Assembly: GCA_965660445.1 (NCBI GenBank)
Contig: CBFIAK010000001.1
Location: 128,001-192,000, forward strand
Length of the DNA: 64,000 bases
Source of the DNA: Patescibacteria group bacterium
Lineage (GTDB): Bacteria > Patescibacteriota > Gracilibacteria > UBA4473
Direction: 5' to 3'
Below are positions 1 to 9,980 of the stretch, in pieces (position 1 is the stretch's first letter; each line of letters starts with the position of its first letter). The translations under genes and the position numbers were made by a program. The notes under the pieces are model-generated. The model saw only the letters and a program-made list of their open reading frames with translations. It had not been told where the DNA came from and did no database searches.

Positions 1-243
1 TCCCTCATAAAGACTCGAACGAAACGTTCCCCGATTCGTAAGAAGTATATCCATTTTCTGAACGAATCCTTGTGATCGCGTTTTATCAAGAGATATCCGA
101 ACAAAATCAAGATCAAGAGTTCCATCTGTATTTATATTGCGAGCCTGTAGGACTCGATACTCCCCACGAGGATCATCTAATATCGCAGACCGAAATGTAT
201 GCCCGAGAATTATTTCAGCAATATCTTTTAACTTATTTTGCAT
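1..243 (-). CDS. Type I R-M specificity subunit (HsdS/TRD)-like protein, 5' part; runs off the window start; not in the ORF track
   Basis: Manual translation from ATG 243: [41 protein letters not shown]...[12 protein letters not shown], which resembles the 'KLKDIAEI.G...GDILL' TRD pattern. Confidence 0.6.
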   Translation of the reverse strand, partial: MQNKLKDIAEIILGHTFRSAILDDPRGEYRVLQARNINTDGTLDLDFVRISLDKTRSQGFVQKMDILLTNRGTFRSSLYEG

Positions 244-249
244 ACCAAG

Positions 250-277
250 AGTATACAGATGTTTTTCTATGTGTCAA
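250..277 (-). promoter_or_regulatory. sigma70 promoter, leaderless-type
   Basis: TTGACA-16-TATACT, then 6 nt to ATG 243. Confidence 0.65.
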
Positions 278-312
278 GTTTTTTGTGCACACACTTGATT
301 ACTGCATTTTCA

Positions 313-846
313 TCACTCATTCCTATACACAAAAATACGAGCATGTGGTGTTTTCACGATATCGGGTTTTCCGTTCCAGTGGTGAATCGGGGCGGCATAC
401 GAAACGACTTGAGCCGATGGTTTAAGTTCTTGTTGAAGTTTTAATCTTAAGGACTTACTCATAACAGAACTCAGTCCATACACATACACAACATCAATAT
501 CACGCATATCGTAAGAAAAAACGTTTCCCCATATAATATTCATGTTTCGAGGTCCCCATAAAGACCTCAGTTTGGATATCACATACAACGGAAACGCCAA
601 CTCAATACCCACCACAGAAACATCTGGATTCTGACGAGCAACAACCAAAGAAACTCGTGCCGTTCCACACCCAATCTCTAAAAACGTATCGCCTTTTTCA
701 AACGCACACGTTTTTAGAATATTGTTTAAGTCTCTGTTATCAGTAGGCACCCAAGGAGCAAACGAAAACCATGCATACAGCGTAGAAACCGTCAATAATA
801 CACAGATCACTACAATAATAGCATGAAACCAAAACGTATCAGTCAT
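313..846 (-). CDS. Membrane-anchored class I SAM-dependent methyltransferase
   Basis: N-terminal TM helix, APWVPT, motif I FLEIGCGTA, GIE; start trimmed to MTDTF. Confidence 0.8.
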   Translation of the reverse strand: MTDTFWFHAIIVVICVLLTVSTLYAWFSFAPWVPTDNRDLNNILKTCAFEKGDTFLEIGCGTARVSLVVARQNPDVSVVGIELAFPLYVISKLRSLWGPRNMNIIWGNVFSYDMRDIDVVYVYGLSSVMSKSLRLKLQQELKPSAQVVSYAAPIHHWNGKPDIVKTPHARIFVYRNE

Positions 847-856
847 AAATCTTCGT

Positions 857-1243
857 TTACGCGAAGAACCCAACCCATACAAGATATAACCCTCCAAGCA
901 ACCATACGCCAGAAGCAAATCCCATCATTCGAGAAGAAAGAACCGATTGAGTAATTCGATCAAACCATGCTGGAAATAATGCCCATAGACTTCCTTTTAC
1001 AAGAAAACCAAGCGCCAATATACTCACCAATATTTCAGGAAGAGACCCCCATAAAAAATGGTTTAATACCAAAACCATACCCACCGAAATCATCGCAAAC
1101 ATACTCATAAATGAAGCTAAATTTGCATCGCCTATTGACTGAAACGCACGTGTATAAAACGACCGATTTACAAACAAAGCAATACTCAAAACAAATAACG
1201 TTGGCCCAAAAACTTGAGCGAGAAAAAGAGTCATAGGATCCAT
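857..1243 (-). CDS. Small 4-TM membrane protein, hypothetical
   Basis: Four hydrophobic segments; start trimmed to MDPMTL. Confidence 0.7.
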   Translation of the reverse strand: MDPMTLFLAQVFGPTLFVLSIALFVNRSFYTRAFQSIGDANLASFMSMFAMISVGMVLVLNHFLWGSLPEILVSILALGFLVKGSLWALFPAWFDRITQSVLSSRMMGFASGVWLLGGLYLVWVGFFA

Positions 1244-1303
1244 AAGGAAAAAAGAAAAGAAATAAGTATTCCTAGTATACAATGCCTGAGAAGAACAATG
1301 CAA

Positions 1304-2602
1304 CTATTGTGCAGTATAGATAATCCGATACACCGTATCAGCATAATCGTCCGAAACTAAAAGAGAGCCATCAAAATATGTTTCTACATCAACAGGGCGT
1401 CCCCAACGGTCATCACCTTGCAACCACCCAGATACAAACGGTTCATATCCCACCGATTCAGTTCCCGATAAACGCACTAAACTCACCTGATACCCAATAG
1501 GAGTGGTTCTGTTCCATGACCCATGCTCAGCAATAAACACTTGGTTTTGATACCTATCTGGGAACATGGTTCCTGTATAAAACCTCATTCCAAGTGCGGC
1601 AACATGAGGGCCGAGTTCTTGAACTGGCGGCACAAACTCATCACACGATCGTCCATCACCAAACTCCGAATCAAGAAAAGAACGGCCATGACAATACGGA
1701 AACCCAAAATGAGCACCTTCCGTTTCTAACCGATTCAGTTCATCTGGAGGGATATTATCACTGACCCAGTCACGTCCATTATCGGTAAACCATAACTCTT
1801 TTGTTTCAGGATGCCAATCAAACCCAACTGTGTTTCGAATTCCTGAGGCAATAACCTCATAGCCACCTGCCATATCAAACCGAGTCAAAGACGCATACAC
1901 TTCATTTTTTGATTCACACACATTACAAGGAGCGCCTACAGGAACATATAAATCACCCTCTGGTGAAAACCGAATAAATTTCCATCCATGACTTTTATCT
2001 TTTGGGTATTCATCAAAAAGAACTTCATACTCAAACGGTTCTGATTGAGACTCAATATCAGGAAACCTTAAAATTCGATGTATCTCTGCTACATATAAAT
2101 CTCCATCTTGAAACGCAACCCCATTCGGACTTTCTAATCCTTCCGCTAAAACCTCTACCTTATCCGCTTTTCCGTCCATATCTCGATCCATCACTCGATA
2201 CACTTTTCCTGGTTGTCGACTCCCAATATACACCACCCCCTCAGACCCTAAAGCCAGCGATCTCGCTCCTTCAATACCGTTTGCAAATACGTGAATCTCA
2301 AACCCCTCGGGAAGTGTTAATAAATCCAATGGTAAATCTGATGTTTGAAACAATAACTCTTCTTGTTCGTACAAGTTTTCCGTTTCTTTCCCTTTATTGG
2401 ACGTGTCTTCTGACGAAAGAGGTATAAAATCATCTTCCATAAAAACCTCATCATGCACACCTTGTTCAATAGGTGAAGATATAAATTCTTGAGAAGGTTG
2501 TTGTGAGTCTCGAAAAAACAAGAGAACCAACCCCCCAATACAGAGAAAAAGAGAAGCGAAAAAGAGGTTTCGTACTGGTTTTCGAAAGAGAACAAATATC
2601 AT
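1304..2602 (-). CDS. Glucose/sorbosone dehydrogenase-family (PQQ-dependent sugar dehydrogenase-like) beta-propeller protein
   Basis: LTLPEGFEIHVFA, GAPCNVC, GIRNTVGFDW, HGSWNR, GRPVDV motifs; N-terminal anchor. Confidence 0.9.
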   Translation of the reverse strand: MIFVLFRKPVRNLFFASLFLCIGGLVLLFFRDSQQPSQEFISSPIEQGVHDEVFMEDDFIPLSSEDTSNKGKETENLYEQEELLFQTSDLPLDLLTLPEGFEIHVFANGIEGARSLALGSEGVVYIGSRQPGKVYRVMDRDMDGKADKVEVLAEGLESPNGVAFQDGDLYVAEIHRILRFPDIESQSEPFEYEVLFDEYPKDKSHGWKFIRFSPEGDLYVPVGAPCNVCESKNEVYASLTRFDMAGGYEVIASGIRNTVGFDWHPETKELWFTDNGRDWVSDNIPPDELNRLETEGAHFGFPYCHGRSFLDSEFGDGRSCDEFVPPVQELGPHVAALGMRFYTGTMFPDRYQNQVFIAEHGSWNRTTPIGYQVSLVRLSGTESVGYEPFVSGWLQGDDRWGRPVDVETYFDGSLLVSDDYADTVYRIIYTAQ

Positions 2603-2633
2603 ACCACGAGTATAAAACGCATATAGGAATCAA

Positions 2634-5600
2634 TCAACCTGCTTTTTTTACACGTCCGTTTTGCAAAACTCGAAAAAGAACGGGAATAACTAATAAGGTC
2701 ATTATCACTGATGTTAAAAGCCCTCCCAGCACCACTACTGCTAACGGTTTCTGAATTTCTGCACCCGTTCCCGTTGTTACCAACAGAGGAAGTAATCCCA
2801 GTAATGAAGTAAACGCCGTCATAAGTACGGGGCGCAATCGTTTGGTTGCTCCTGCCATCAATGCCTCATCTATATGAGAAAACGTAACCCTTTTCGTTTT
2901 TTTATACATTGATTCCAACGATTGTTGTAAATATAAAACAATCACAACCCCTGTTTCGACAGCGTTTCCGAACAAAGCAATAAACCCAACCCAAACAGCA
3001 ACCGAAAAATTATACTGCGACAAAAGCAAAGCTGCAATACCGCCAATAATACTCAATGGAATAGCCATCATAACCACCGAAACCATTTTTAGATCGTTAT
3101 AAGTAATATACAATATTAAGAAAATCAGAACCACAACAAGCGGCACAACCCACGACAGTTTTGATTTCGCTCTCACTTGGTTTTTATATTGTCCATCAAA
3201 CTCAAGACGATACCCAACAGGCAATTGAAGATTTTCATCAAGATGCGTTTTTGTGTCTTCCACAAACGATACTAAATCACGGCCTCGTACATTCATCTGC
3301 ACAACCGATCGAAGCTGTCCGTTTTCAGAATGCAATACCGCAGGACCGTTTTCAATTCGAATATCTGCAACGGCATCTAAAGAAACCAGTTGCCCATTTA
3401 AACCTCGGATAGGCAGACCTTTTATGGTTTCAATATCATCACGCATATTGTGTGCAAACCGTAACTGAACGCCGTATCGTTCTCGCCCTTCAACAACCGA
3501 ACTCACAACCGCCCCACCCATTCCCACAGATATCGCTTGTAGCACATTTGATTTCGGTATACCATAAGCTGCTAATTGGTCTTCTTTGATATCAATATTG
3601 AGATACCGCAACCCTAAAGTCCGAAGGGCAACAGTACCGGAAGCACCCGGTATATGACTCATCATTTGTTCTATATCGAGAGCAATGTTTTCAAGATCAA
3701 TAGGGTCTGTTCCAAACACTTTAATCCCTACTTGAGCTCGTATACCAGTAGAAACCATATCAATACGTCCAATGATAGGTTGTGTAAACCCGTTCCATAA
3801 CGAAGGAATTTGAATACTTCTATTCATCTGCGTAATAAGGTCTTCTTTTGTGACTCCAGGTCTCCATTCTGATTTTGGTTTCAGGGTTATAAACGTTTCA
3901 ATCATAGCTAAAGGAGCAGGATCTGTTGCGGTATCGGCTCGTCCAGCTTTTCCCATAACCATTTTCACCTCAGGAAAAGAAGCAAGGATCGCATTTGTTT
4001 CTCGCAATAACTCTGCAGCTTTTCGTTCGGACACATCAGGAACAGTCATCGGCATATACCAAATATCACCTTCATCTAAAGGAGGCATAAATTCTGACCC
4101 TATAAAAACAGAACTCCCCAATGCTCCCAAAAGCAAAACTCCACTCACCCCCAAAACAATTTTATTATGAGAAAATGCCCATCGCAAAAGTGGTTCATAA
4201 AGACGTTGAAACCAAAACACTGCTGGAATATGTTCATCTGCAAAAAGACGACCACGCAAAAACCAAACGCATCCTAATGGCACAAAGAAAAGAGCTGATA
4301 ATAAAGCACCGAGCATCGCAAATATACTTGTAAATGCAAGTGGCTGAAACAGTTTTCCTTCCATGCCTTCAAGAGCAAAAATAGGCACAAAAGAAATCAT
4401 AATAATACAAATAGCAAACAGTAATGGTAACCCTACTTCTTGTGTTGATCGCAAAACAATTTGAATACGCGAAGAAATAGAGTTTCGTTCTTTTTCAGAC
4501 GCAGAAACAAGATGCTGATATGCATTTTCAAGCACCACAATGATAGAATCGACCATTGTTCCAATAGCTATGGCAATTCCTCCTAAAGACATAATATTAG
4601 AAGGAATTCCAAACAGTTTCATCACTAAGAAAGTCAAAAGGACTCCAAAAACTAAAGCAATTCCAGTTACAAGCGTTGATGGAATATGACGTAAAAATAC
4701 CCACATAATAAAAGCCGTGATGACCACCATTTGTACCAACACCCATTTCAGAGTGTTAATAGAACCAGTAATAAGTTCTGTTCGATCATAAAAAGGAGTA
4801 ATCCGTATCTCGTTTCCAATACGGTTTTCTATATGCGGAATTTTTTCTTTCACGCGACTAATAACTTCAAGCGGATTTTCACCGTATCGCATAACCACAA
4901 TCCCCCCCACTTTTTCTTCTTGAGCATTGGCTAAAATACCTCGTCGAGGAGCACCACTTATACGAACAGTCGCAATATCAGAAACAAGAATTGGATTCCC
5001 GTCGTTAAACCGACCAATCACCATGTTCTGAATGTCTTCGAGAGACTCAAAAAAACCGAGTCCTTGAATAGATATTTCTCGTTCTCCGTATTCTAAAACG
5101 TTTCCCGCCACAGTTGTGTTTCCTTGTTGAAGGGTCTGAAACACGGTTTGAATACCCACCCCCATATCTGACATACGCACAGGATCCAAAACAACCTGAT
5201 ATTGCATTACATATCCTCCAACAGAAGCAACCTCTGCAACACCAGATAGACTTTCGAGTTCTTGTTTTACCACAAAATCTTGTAACGATCGAAGTTCTGT
5301 AAGCGATAAATCTGGATGATCAAGTGTATAGAGAAATATATGCCCAAGTCCTGTTGCGTCAGGCCCGATACTGGTTACAACTCCTGACGGCAGCATTGAT
5401 TGCACTTGTGCCAATTTTTCGCTTACTCGATCACGTGCAAAGTAAATACCAGCATCATCCTCAAAAATAACCGTTACCATAGAAACACCCATCATAGAAC
5501 TACTCCGAACCGTTTTTACTTTTGGAAGTGATTGCAATGCCGTACTTAAAGGGTACGTTACTTGGTCTTCTATATTTTGAGGCGATTGACCTCTCCACTG

Positions 5601-5750
5601 AGAAACAACAATAACTTGGTTTTCTGAAAGATCTGGAAGGGCATCAACGGGTGTATTATATACCGCCCAAATACCAGATGATACAAGAGCAATAAAAAGA
5701 CTGACCGTCAAAACCCAACGATTGAGTAAAAGCGAAAGAAAAGTATTCAT
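2634..5750 (-). CDS. cusA: CusA/CzcA-family heavy-metal efflux RND transporter
   Basis: DALPDLSENQVIV, GPDATGLG, NIMSLGGIAIAIG.MVD, TDPAPLAMIET, RLRPVLMTA; 1038 aa. Confidence 0.9.
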   Translation of the reverse strand: MNTFLSLLLNRWVLTVSLFIALVSSGIWAVYNTPVDALPDLSENQVIVVSQWRGQSPQNIEDQVTYPLSTALQSLPKVKTVRSSSMMGVSMVTVIFEDDAGIYFARDRVSEKLAQVQSMLPSGVVTSIGPDATGLGHIFLYTLDHPDLSLTELRSLQDFVVKQELESLSGVAEVASVGGYVMQYQVVLDPVRMSDMGVGIQTVFQTLQQGNTTVAGNVLEYGEREISIQGLGFFESLEDIQNMVIGRFNDGNPILVSDIATVRISGAPRRGILANAQEEKVGGIVVMRYGENPLEVISRVKEKIPHIENRIGNEIRITPFYDRTELITGSINTLKWVLVQMVVITAFIMWVFLRHIPSTLVTGIALVFGVLLTFLVMKLFGIPSNIMSLGGIAIAIGTMVDSIIVVLENAYQHLVSASEKERNSISSRIQIVLRSTQEVGLPLLFAICIIMISFVPIFALEGMEGKLFQPLAFTSIFAMLGALLSALFFVPLGCVWFLRGRLFADEHIPAVFWFQRLYEPLLRWAFSHNKIVLGVSGVLLLGALGSSVFIGSEFMPPLDEGDIWYMPMTVPDVSERKAAELLRETNAILASFPEVKMVMGKAGRADTATDPAPLAMIETFITLKPKSEWRPGVTKEDLITQMNRSIQIPSLWNGFTQPIIGRIDMVSTGIRAQVGIKVFGTDPIDLENIALDIEQMMSHIPGASGTVALRTLGLRYLNIDIKEDQLAAYGIPKSNVLQAISVGMGGAVVSSVVEGRERYGVQLRFAHNMRDDIETIKGLPIRGLNGQLVSLDAVADIRIENGPAVLHSENGQLRSVVQMNVRGRDLVSFVEDTKTHLDENLQLPVGYRLEFDGQYKNQVRAKSKLSWVVPLVVVLIFLILYITYNDLKMVSVVMMAIPLSIIGGIAALLLSQYNFSVAVWVGFIALFGNAVETGVVIVLYLQQSLESMYKKTKRVTFSHIDEALMAGATKRLRPVLMTAFTSLLGLLPLLVTTGTGAEIQKPLAVVVLGGLLTSVIMTLLVIPVLFRVLQNGRVKKAG

Positions 5751-5756
5751 ACTATT

Positions 5757-7364
5757 TTATTGAAAAAGAGAAAAAGAAGGGTTTGTGATAATGGTATCTC
5801 CAATAACAAGATCTGAAGATCGCACTTGTAAAAACTCACCATTATCAGCAATAACGGAAACGAAAACTTGTTGGGGTTCGTTTTCAGTAAGCGTCCATAC
5901 AAAATACTGATTTTGACGCTTTTTTACTGCTTGAGATGGAACAGAAACAATGTCAGAAGTCGGATCAAAAACAGAAACAAATAATGTTTGTCCATGTAAA
6001 AACCCGTCTGGCACCTCTTCGTCAAAAACAGCACTCATTTTTATGTTTCGAAACCGAGGATGTACCTGTGAACTGACCCGGAAAAGAGTTCCCGAAAAAA
6101 CGTTGCCATTTATGTCACTTATTTCAACAGCATCGTTTAGTTTCAAATGAAGAGCCCATTGTTCAGGAACTGAAAAATGAACCTCAAACAATGCCTTTTG
6201 TGATTGAACTGTATCAGCGCCTTCTAAAGAAAACAAAGGCATATTCGGTTGCACCGATTCTCCAACTTCAATCATTCTATCAGTAATGATACCATGAAAA
6301 GGAGAAATAATTGATTGGTGTCCAGACTGTACAAGAACAGAGTTATACCGAGCTCTTGCTAATTCTACGTTTTTTTCAGCTTGTGTAATAGAAAGTGCCT
6401 GTTGTGAGGTAACTAAATCACGTCTTTGTTGAGAAGACTCTGTTTGAATATTTTTTTCAATCGATAAAGACGCCATCGTTTCTATTTTCTCCTGAAGACC
6501 TAAAATCGATTGGCGTATTTGAGAAAGTTTTAATTGTTGAGACGCAATAACATTTCTATGATGTTGAATAGTAGTGTCTGCGAACCGTTGAGTTGATCGA
6601 GCTTGTTTATAGAGCTGTTCAGTGTGCGAAAGAAAATCATCAAGCATATCTATATGGATAAACAAGTCGTCTTCTGTATCAAAAACACCTGAAGAAACGA
6701 GTCTGTATATATCAGAAGCGAGTAATTCAACTCGACTTTCAAGTACCGCATGAGCAAAAACACCTTGAAGCGTAAAACTGTTTTGATACACACTGTCACT
6801 AAAAAGCAAAGGCCGAACCGTTTCCCATACCTGATGAAGAACGACAATGCCTTCTGCTTTTTTTGCTTGCAGTTGAGAATCCAGTTCTAGTTGCGTTACA
6901 CTTTGTGTTTGTTCTTTTGCATACGATTCTTCAACTGAAATCTGAGATACATCAAGTGTTTTTTGTGCAACAGCACGAACACTTTCCAGATCCGATTCTG
7001 CTTTTTGAAGAGCCGCCAAAGCCTCTTGTATTGCAGCAGAACTCTGCCCTTCAATTCCCTGAGGAAATAAAGATACAAGCACTTGTCCCTGAGAGACTGT
7101 GTCTCCAATATCAACGAATACATCACGCACAACACCATTTCGTCGTGGAACAATGACAACTGATTTATTAGATTGCAAAACTCCTGGAACTTTCAATGCA
7201 GAAAATGCACGTGATCGTACCACCTGAGTTGTTTTCCATTCCGTATCAGAAATATTATTTGTCTGAGCATAAACTGGTTTTGGAGTATGAGAAAAAGATT
7301 CAAGAAGAAACCATCCCACCCCAAAGAGAAAAATGCTGATACCAAAAAAAATTATTTTATGCAT
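5757..7364 (-). CDS. RND periplasmic adaptor (membrane fusion protein)
   Basis: Lipoyl half-motifs GVVRDVFVDIGDTVSQGQVL and SPFHGII, long coiled coil, adjacent to cusA. Confidence 0.85.
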   Translation of the reverse strand: MHKIIFFGISIFLFGVGWFLLESFSHTPKPVYAQTNNISDTEWKTTQVVRSRAFSALKVPGVLQSNKSVVIVPRRNGVVRDVFVDIGDTVSQGQVLVSLFPQGIEGQSSAAIQEALAALQKAESDLESVRAVAQKTLDVSQISVEESYAKEQTQSVTQLELDSQLQAKKAEGIVVLHQVWETVRPLLFSDSVYQNSFTLQGVFAHAVLESRVELLASDIYRLVSSGVFDTEDDLFIHIDMLDDFLSHTEQLYKQARSTQRFADTTIQHHRNVIASQQLKLSQIRQSILGLQEKIETMASLSIEKNIQTESSQQRRDLVTSQQALSITQAEKNVELARARYNSVLVQSGHQSIISPFHGIITDRMIEVGESVQPNMPLFSLEGADTVQSQKALFEVHFSVPEQWALHLKLNDAVEISDINGNVFSGTLFRVSSQVHPRFRNIKMSAVFDEEVPDGFLHGQTLFVSVFDPTSDIVSVPSQAVKKRQNQYFVWTLTENEPQQVFVSVIADNGEFLQVRSSDLVIGDTIITNPSFSLFQ

Positions 7365-7370
7365 ATTCTA

Positions 7371-7595
7371 TTAGTGGTTATGGTTCATATGATCTGAATC
7401 AGAATTTCCATGTCCCATATTAAGATGGTCTTCAATCGACATATTCATTCGAGCTGCTGCTTCTTTTTGTTCTTGAAATTCTTCAAGTGAAAGTCCATAT
7501 TGTTCTGCCATTTCAGATTCCGTCATGGGCGCTTCGCTGCATCCAACAAGAAAAAAAGGAAAAGAAAGAAGGAAAAAAGAGAAAAATGTTTTCAT
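7371..7595 (-). CDS. Small His/Met-rich lipoprotein, putative metal chaperone
   Basis: Lipobox LVGC; C-terminus HLNMGHGNSDSDHMNHNH; start trimmed to MKTFF. Confidence 0.7.
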   Translation of the reverse strand: MKTFFSFFLLSFPFFLVGCSEAPMTESEMAEQYGLSLEEFQEQKEAAARMNMSIEDHLNMGHGNSDSDHMNHNH

Positions 7596-7621
7596 AGTGT
7601 AAAAAAGATAAAAAATAAAAA

Positions 7622-7708
7622 TAAAAAAAGAGAGACGCATATACCGTTTCGGTATTCGTCTTCACATACGAAAAAAACACACGTTTCTTCATAAAAAACG
7701 TGCATCTA
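7622..7708 (-). terminator. Terminator/attenuator-like hairpins between the leader ORF and the efflux genes
   Basis: Minus strand AGACG-A-ATACCG-AAA-CGGTAT-ATG-CGTCT followed by a T run; an upstream AGATGCA can alternatively pair with TGCGTCT. Confidence 0.5.
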
Positions 7709-7716
7709 CAAAAAAA

Positions 7717-8097
7717 CTAGACAATTAAAATGACTGTTGTGTCTGGCATAACCGTCTTCCATAATACCTGTGGTGGTGGAATATAGGATGTGCCCAACAC
7801 AGAAACAGATGTCAGTGGAGTATGTAGGAGGAAAGACGTATCTATCGAAAACGAAAACAATGGTATTTCTTCAATAGGAGCTACAAAAGTAGATGAATCC
7901 GATTGAAGAACCTGCAGTGTTTGTTCACACATTGAACAATGCGGAGAAGTTGAGACTTCTTGTTTTTGTGCTTGATGACACGGGGAAACTGCGGGATGAG
8001 AGGTCGCCGCAAAAACACCAGAAAAAGACATAAAGGTCATACAGAGAAACAATGCACTCTGTAAAGAAAACATGAATAATGATATTTTCTGTTTCAT
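7717..8097 (-). CDS. Secreted CxxC/Pro-rich small protein, putative metal-sensing leader ORF
   Basis: Signal peptide, PCH, HCSMC, C-terminal IPPP. Confidence 0.6.
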   Translation of the reverse strand: MKQKISLFMFSLQSALFLCMTFMSFSGVFAATSHPAVSPCHQAQKQEVSTSPHCSMCEQTLQVLQSDSSTFVAPIEEIPLFSFSIDTSFLLHTPLTSVSVLGTSYIPPPQVLWKTVMPDTTVILIV

Positions 8098-8121
8098 TTC
8101 TTTCTTACCCTATACTACTTT

Positions 8122-9282
8122 TTATTTCTTGTCTAGTGATGAAAAAGACTGGGGTAATAATCCCGAAAAAGGAAGTGTCTCCATTTTTTGTGTTAACTGA
8201 TTATATCGCACAATAGTGTATATTTTTTCGCTTGTAGCAAATACATCGAGCAGTTCTTGCAAGTCTTCATAATCACCAGAAAACTCATCGGTTATTTTTT
8301 CTGATTCTAAAACAAACCACACAAAATCTCCATCAACATTCATCCATGAAACAGTTTGGTCTTCAAACGAATACAAACGTGTTGCTGTTTCAGATTCACG
8401 ATGCCATTCAAAAAGATGGTATTGAAAAGAGTCATCACGAATAACAGCCAATAACCGATTATCGTCATCGCTCCACGTAGCATAAATAATCTCACCAATA
8501 TCCTGTAAAACAGACGTAGCTGTTCCATCCGCAGAAAAAATAACAATATAACTCACAGGGCTAAATACGTCTTGATCTGGTTTTTGTTTGAGTAATAAAT
8601 GCCGCCCATCAGACGAGAACCCAAAGTTTTGAAAATAGTTTCCGACTGGCTGTATATTGTCTGGATCTTCCTGTAAAGGAAACAAAGAAAACCCAAAGTT
8701 TTCAAACGGATTAGCACCCACAAGTAACTGAGAAGACTCAGAAACTGCAATATTTTGCAAGGGGAACTCTTCATACAAAGACTTCCATGTTTTTCGACGA
8801 AAAGAATACGTCCACACACTCCGAGCATGATCAGATTGTGCTTCAAAGAAAATCATATCATTGGCTGTCCATGGATACAGTGTTTGTAATTGAACACCGT
8901 ACGGAACAGCAATACGTCGTGTTTTTCCTGTGTTTATATGCAGAGAATAAAGTTGTTGGGTTTTATAAATTGATCGTAGTCCGCTCCATTGTCGTTTTCG
9001 TATTGCTGTATAAAAAATAACCGTATCTTCTTGAGGCGTACGTACCAATGAAAATTGGTTCACAATCAATGATGAAGGCGATAAAAACGTAATCGATTCA
9101 GTATTTGGGTCAAATGCAGCAAGTCTTCCTGCACTTTCCTCATCGGTACTCATAAACACTACTGTTTGAGATGAAAAATCAGGAAGTTGTTGTGTTTGTT
9201 CCCATATCCATAAAAAAAGAATCCCGACTCCACAACAGAGAAGAATAAGAGAGACCACACGATCAAAAGAAAAAAGTTTCAT
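8122..9282 (-). CDS. Membrane-anchored TolB-like beta-propeller protein
   Basis: N-terminal TM; FSSDGRHL and WSDDDNRL repeats. Confidence 0.6.
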   Translation of the reverse strand: MKLFSFDRVVSLILLCCGVGILFLWIWEQTQQLPDFSSQTVVFMSTDEESAGRLAAFDPNTESITFLSPSSLIVNQFSLVRTPQEDTVIFYTAIRKRQWSGLRSIYKTQQLYSLHINTGKTRRIAVPYGVQLQTLYPWTANDMIFFEAQSDHARSVWTYSFRRKTWKSLYEEFPLQNIAVSESSQLLVGANPFENFGFSLFPLQEDPDNIQPVGNYFQNFGFSSDGRHLLLKQKPDQDVFSPVSYIVIFSADGTATSVLQDIGEIIYATWSDDDNRLLAVIRDDSFQYHLFEWHRESETATRLYSFEDQTVSWMNVDGDFVWFVLESEKITDEFSGDYEDLQELLDVFATSEKIYTIVRYNQLTQKMETLPFSGLLPQSFSSLDKK

Positions 9283-9980
9283 TAGTAAATATAGGGAATA
9301 TCAGGGACAGGGATTATTTCAAAGTCTTCCATTTGAATAAAAAGAGGTTGCGAAAGAGTATCATCTAATAAAAAAGTTCCTGATAAAGAAATCCATGTAT
9401 CAGAAGGAATCTGAATACTGTTATCCGATGATCGAACTCGAAACACAACAGGCCGAGCATCAGCACTACAACAACGAATAAGAAATCGAGCAATATAAAA
9501 ATCTGATCCCAAAACAGTGTCGTCTCGATACACAAAACCTTTCATACGAACGGGTTCATTTTCGTATTGATGAGGATAATCACTCGATCCAATAATATGA
9601 ACCCAATCCGAAAACGTACGCTGAGAGCTATCAATATTGAACTGTACCGGTGATCGAAGCGTTATATGAGAAAGATCCGTATTTATTCCTCGCTGAAGCA
9701 CTGATGCACTCGAAAGTGGGCGAGGTGGTATAAAAAACGCAAGGAAAAACAGAAACGAGAAACCGATTATTTCTAAACGTTCAAACGGAATAAAAAACGT
9801 AGATTTTGTACGGATACTCCACAATAAAAACAAACTCAAAGCACAAAATAGAATCCCGCTTATACTCACAAGGATATTAAACCGTGGAAGAATATAAAAC
9901 GCTAAATCTCCCGCAAGCCATAGTTTCAAAAACCAAAGCCCAAGTAATAAGAAAACGAAAGCAACAAGGAATCGTTTCAT
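9282..9980 (-). CDS. YcgQ-like (TIGR03943) putative permease subunit
   Basis: 3 TM, YILPRF, ARFLIRCCSADA motif; coupled to the permease gene. Confidence 0.85.
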   Translation of the reverse strand: MKRFLVAFVFLLLGLWFLKLWLAGDLAFYILPRFNILVSISGILFCALSLFLLWSIRTKSTFFIPFERLEIIGFSFLFFLAFFIPPRPLSSASVLQRGINTDLSHITLRSPVQFNIDSSQRTFSDWVHIIGSSDYPHQYENEPVRMKGFVYRDDTVLGSDFYIARFLIRCCSADARPVVFRVRSSDNSIQIPSDTWISLSGTFLLDDTLSQPLFIQMEDFEIIPVPDIPYIY

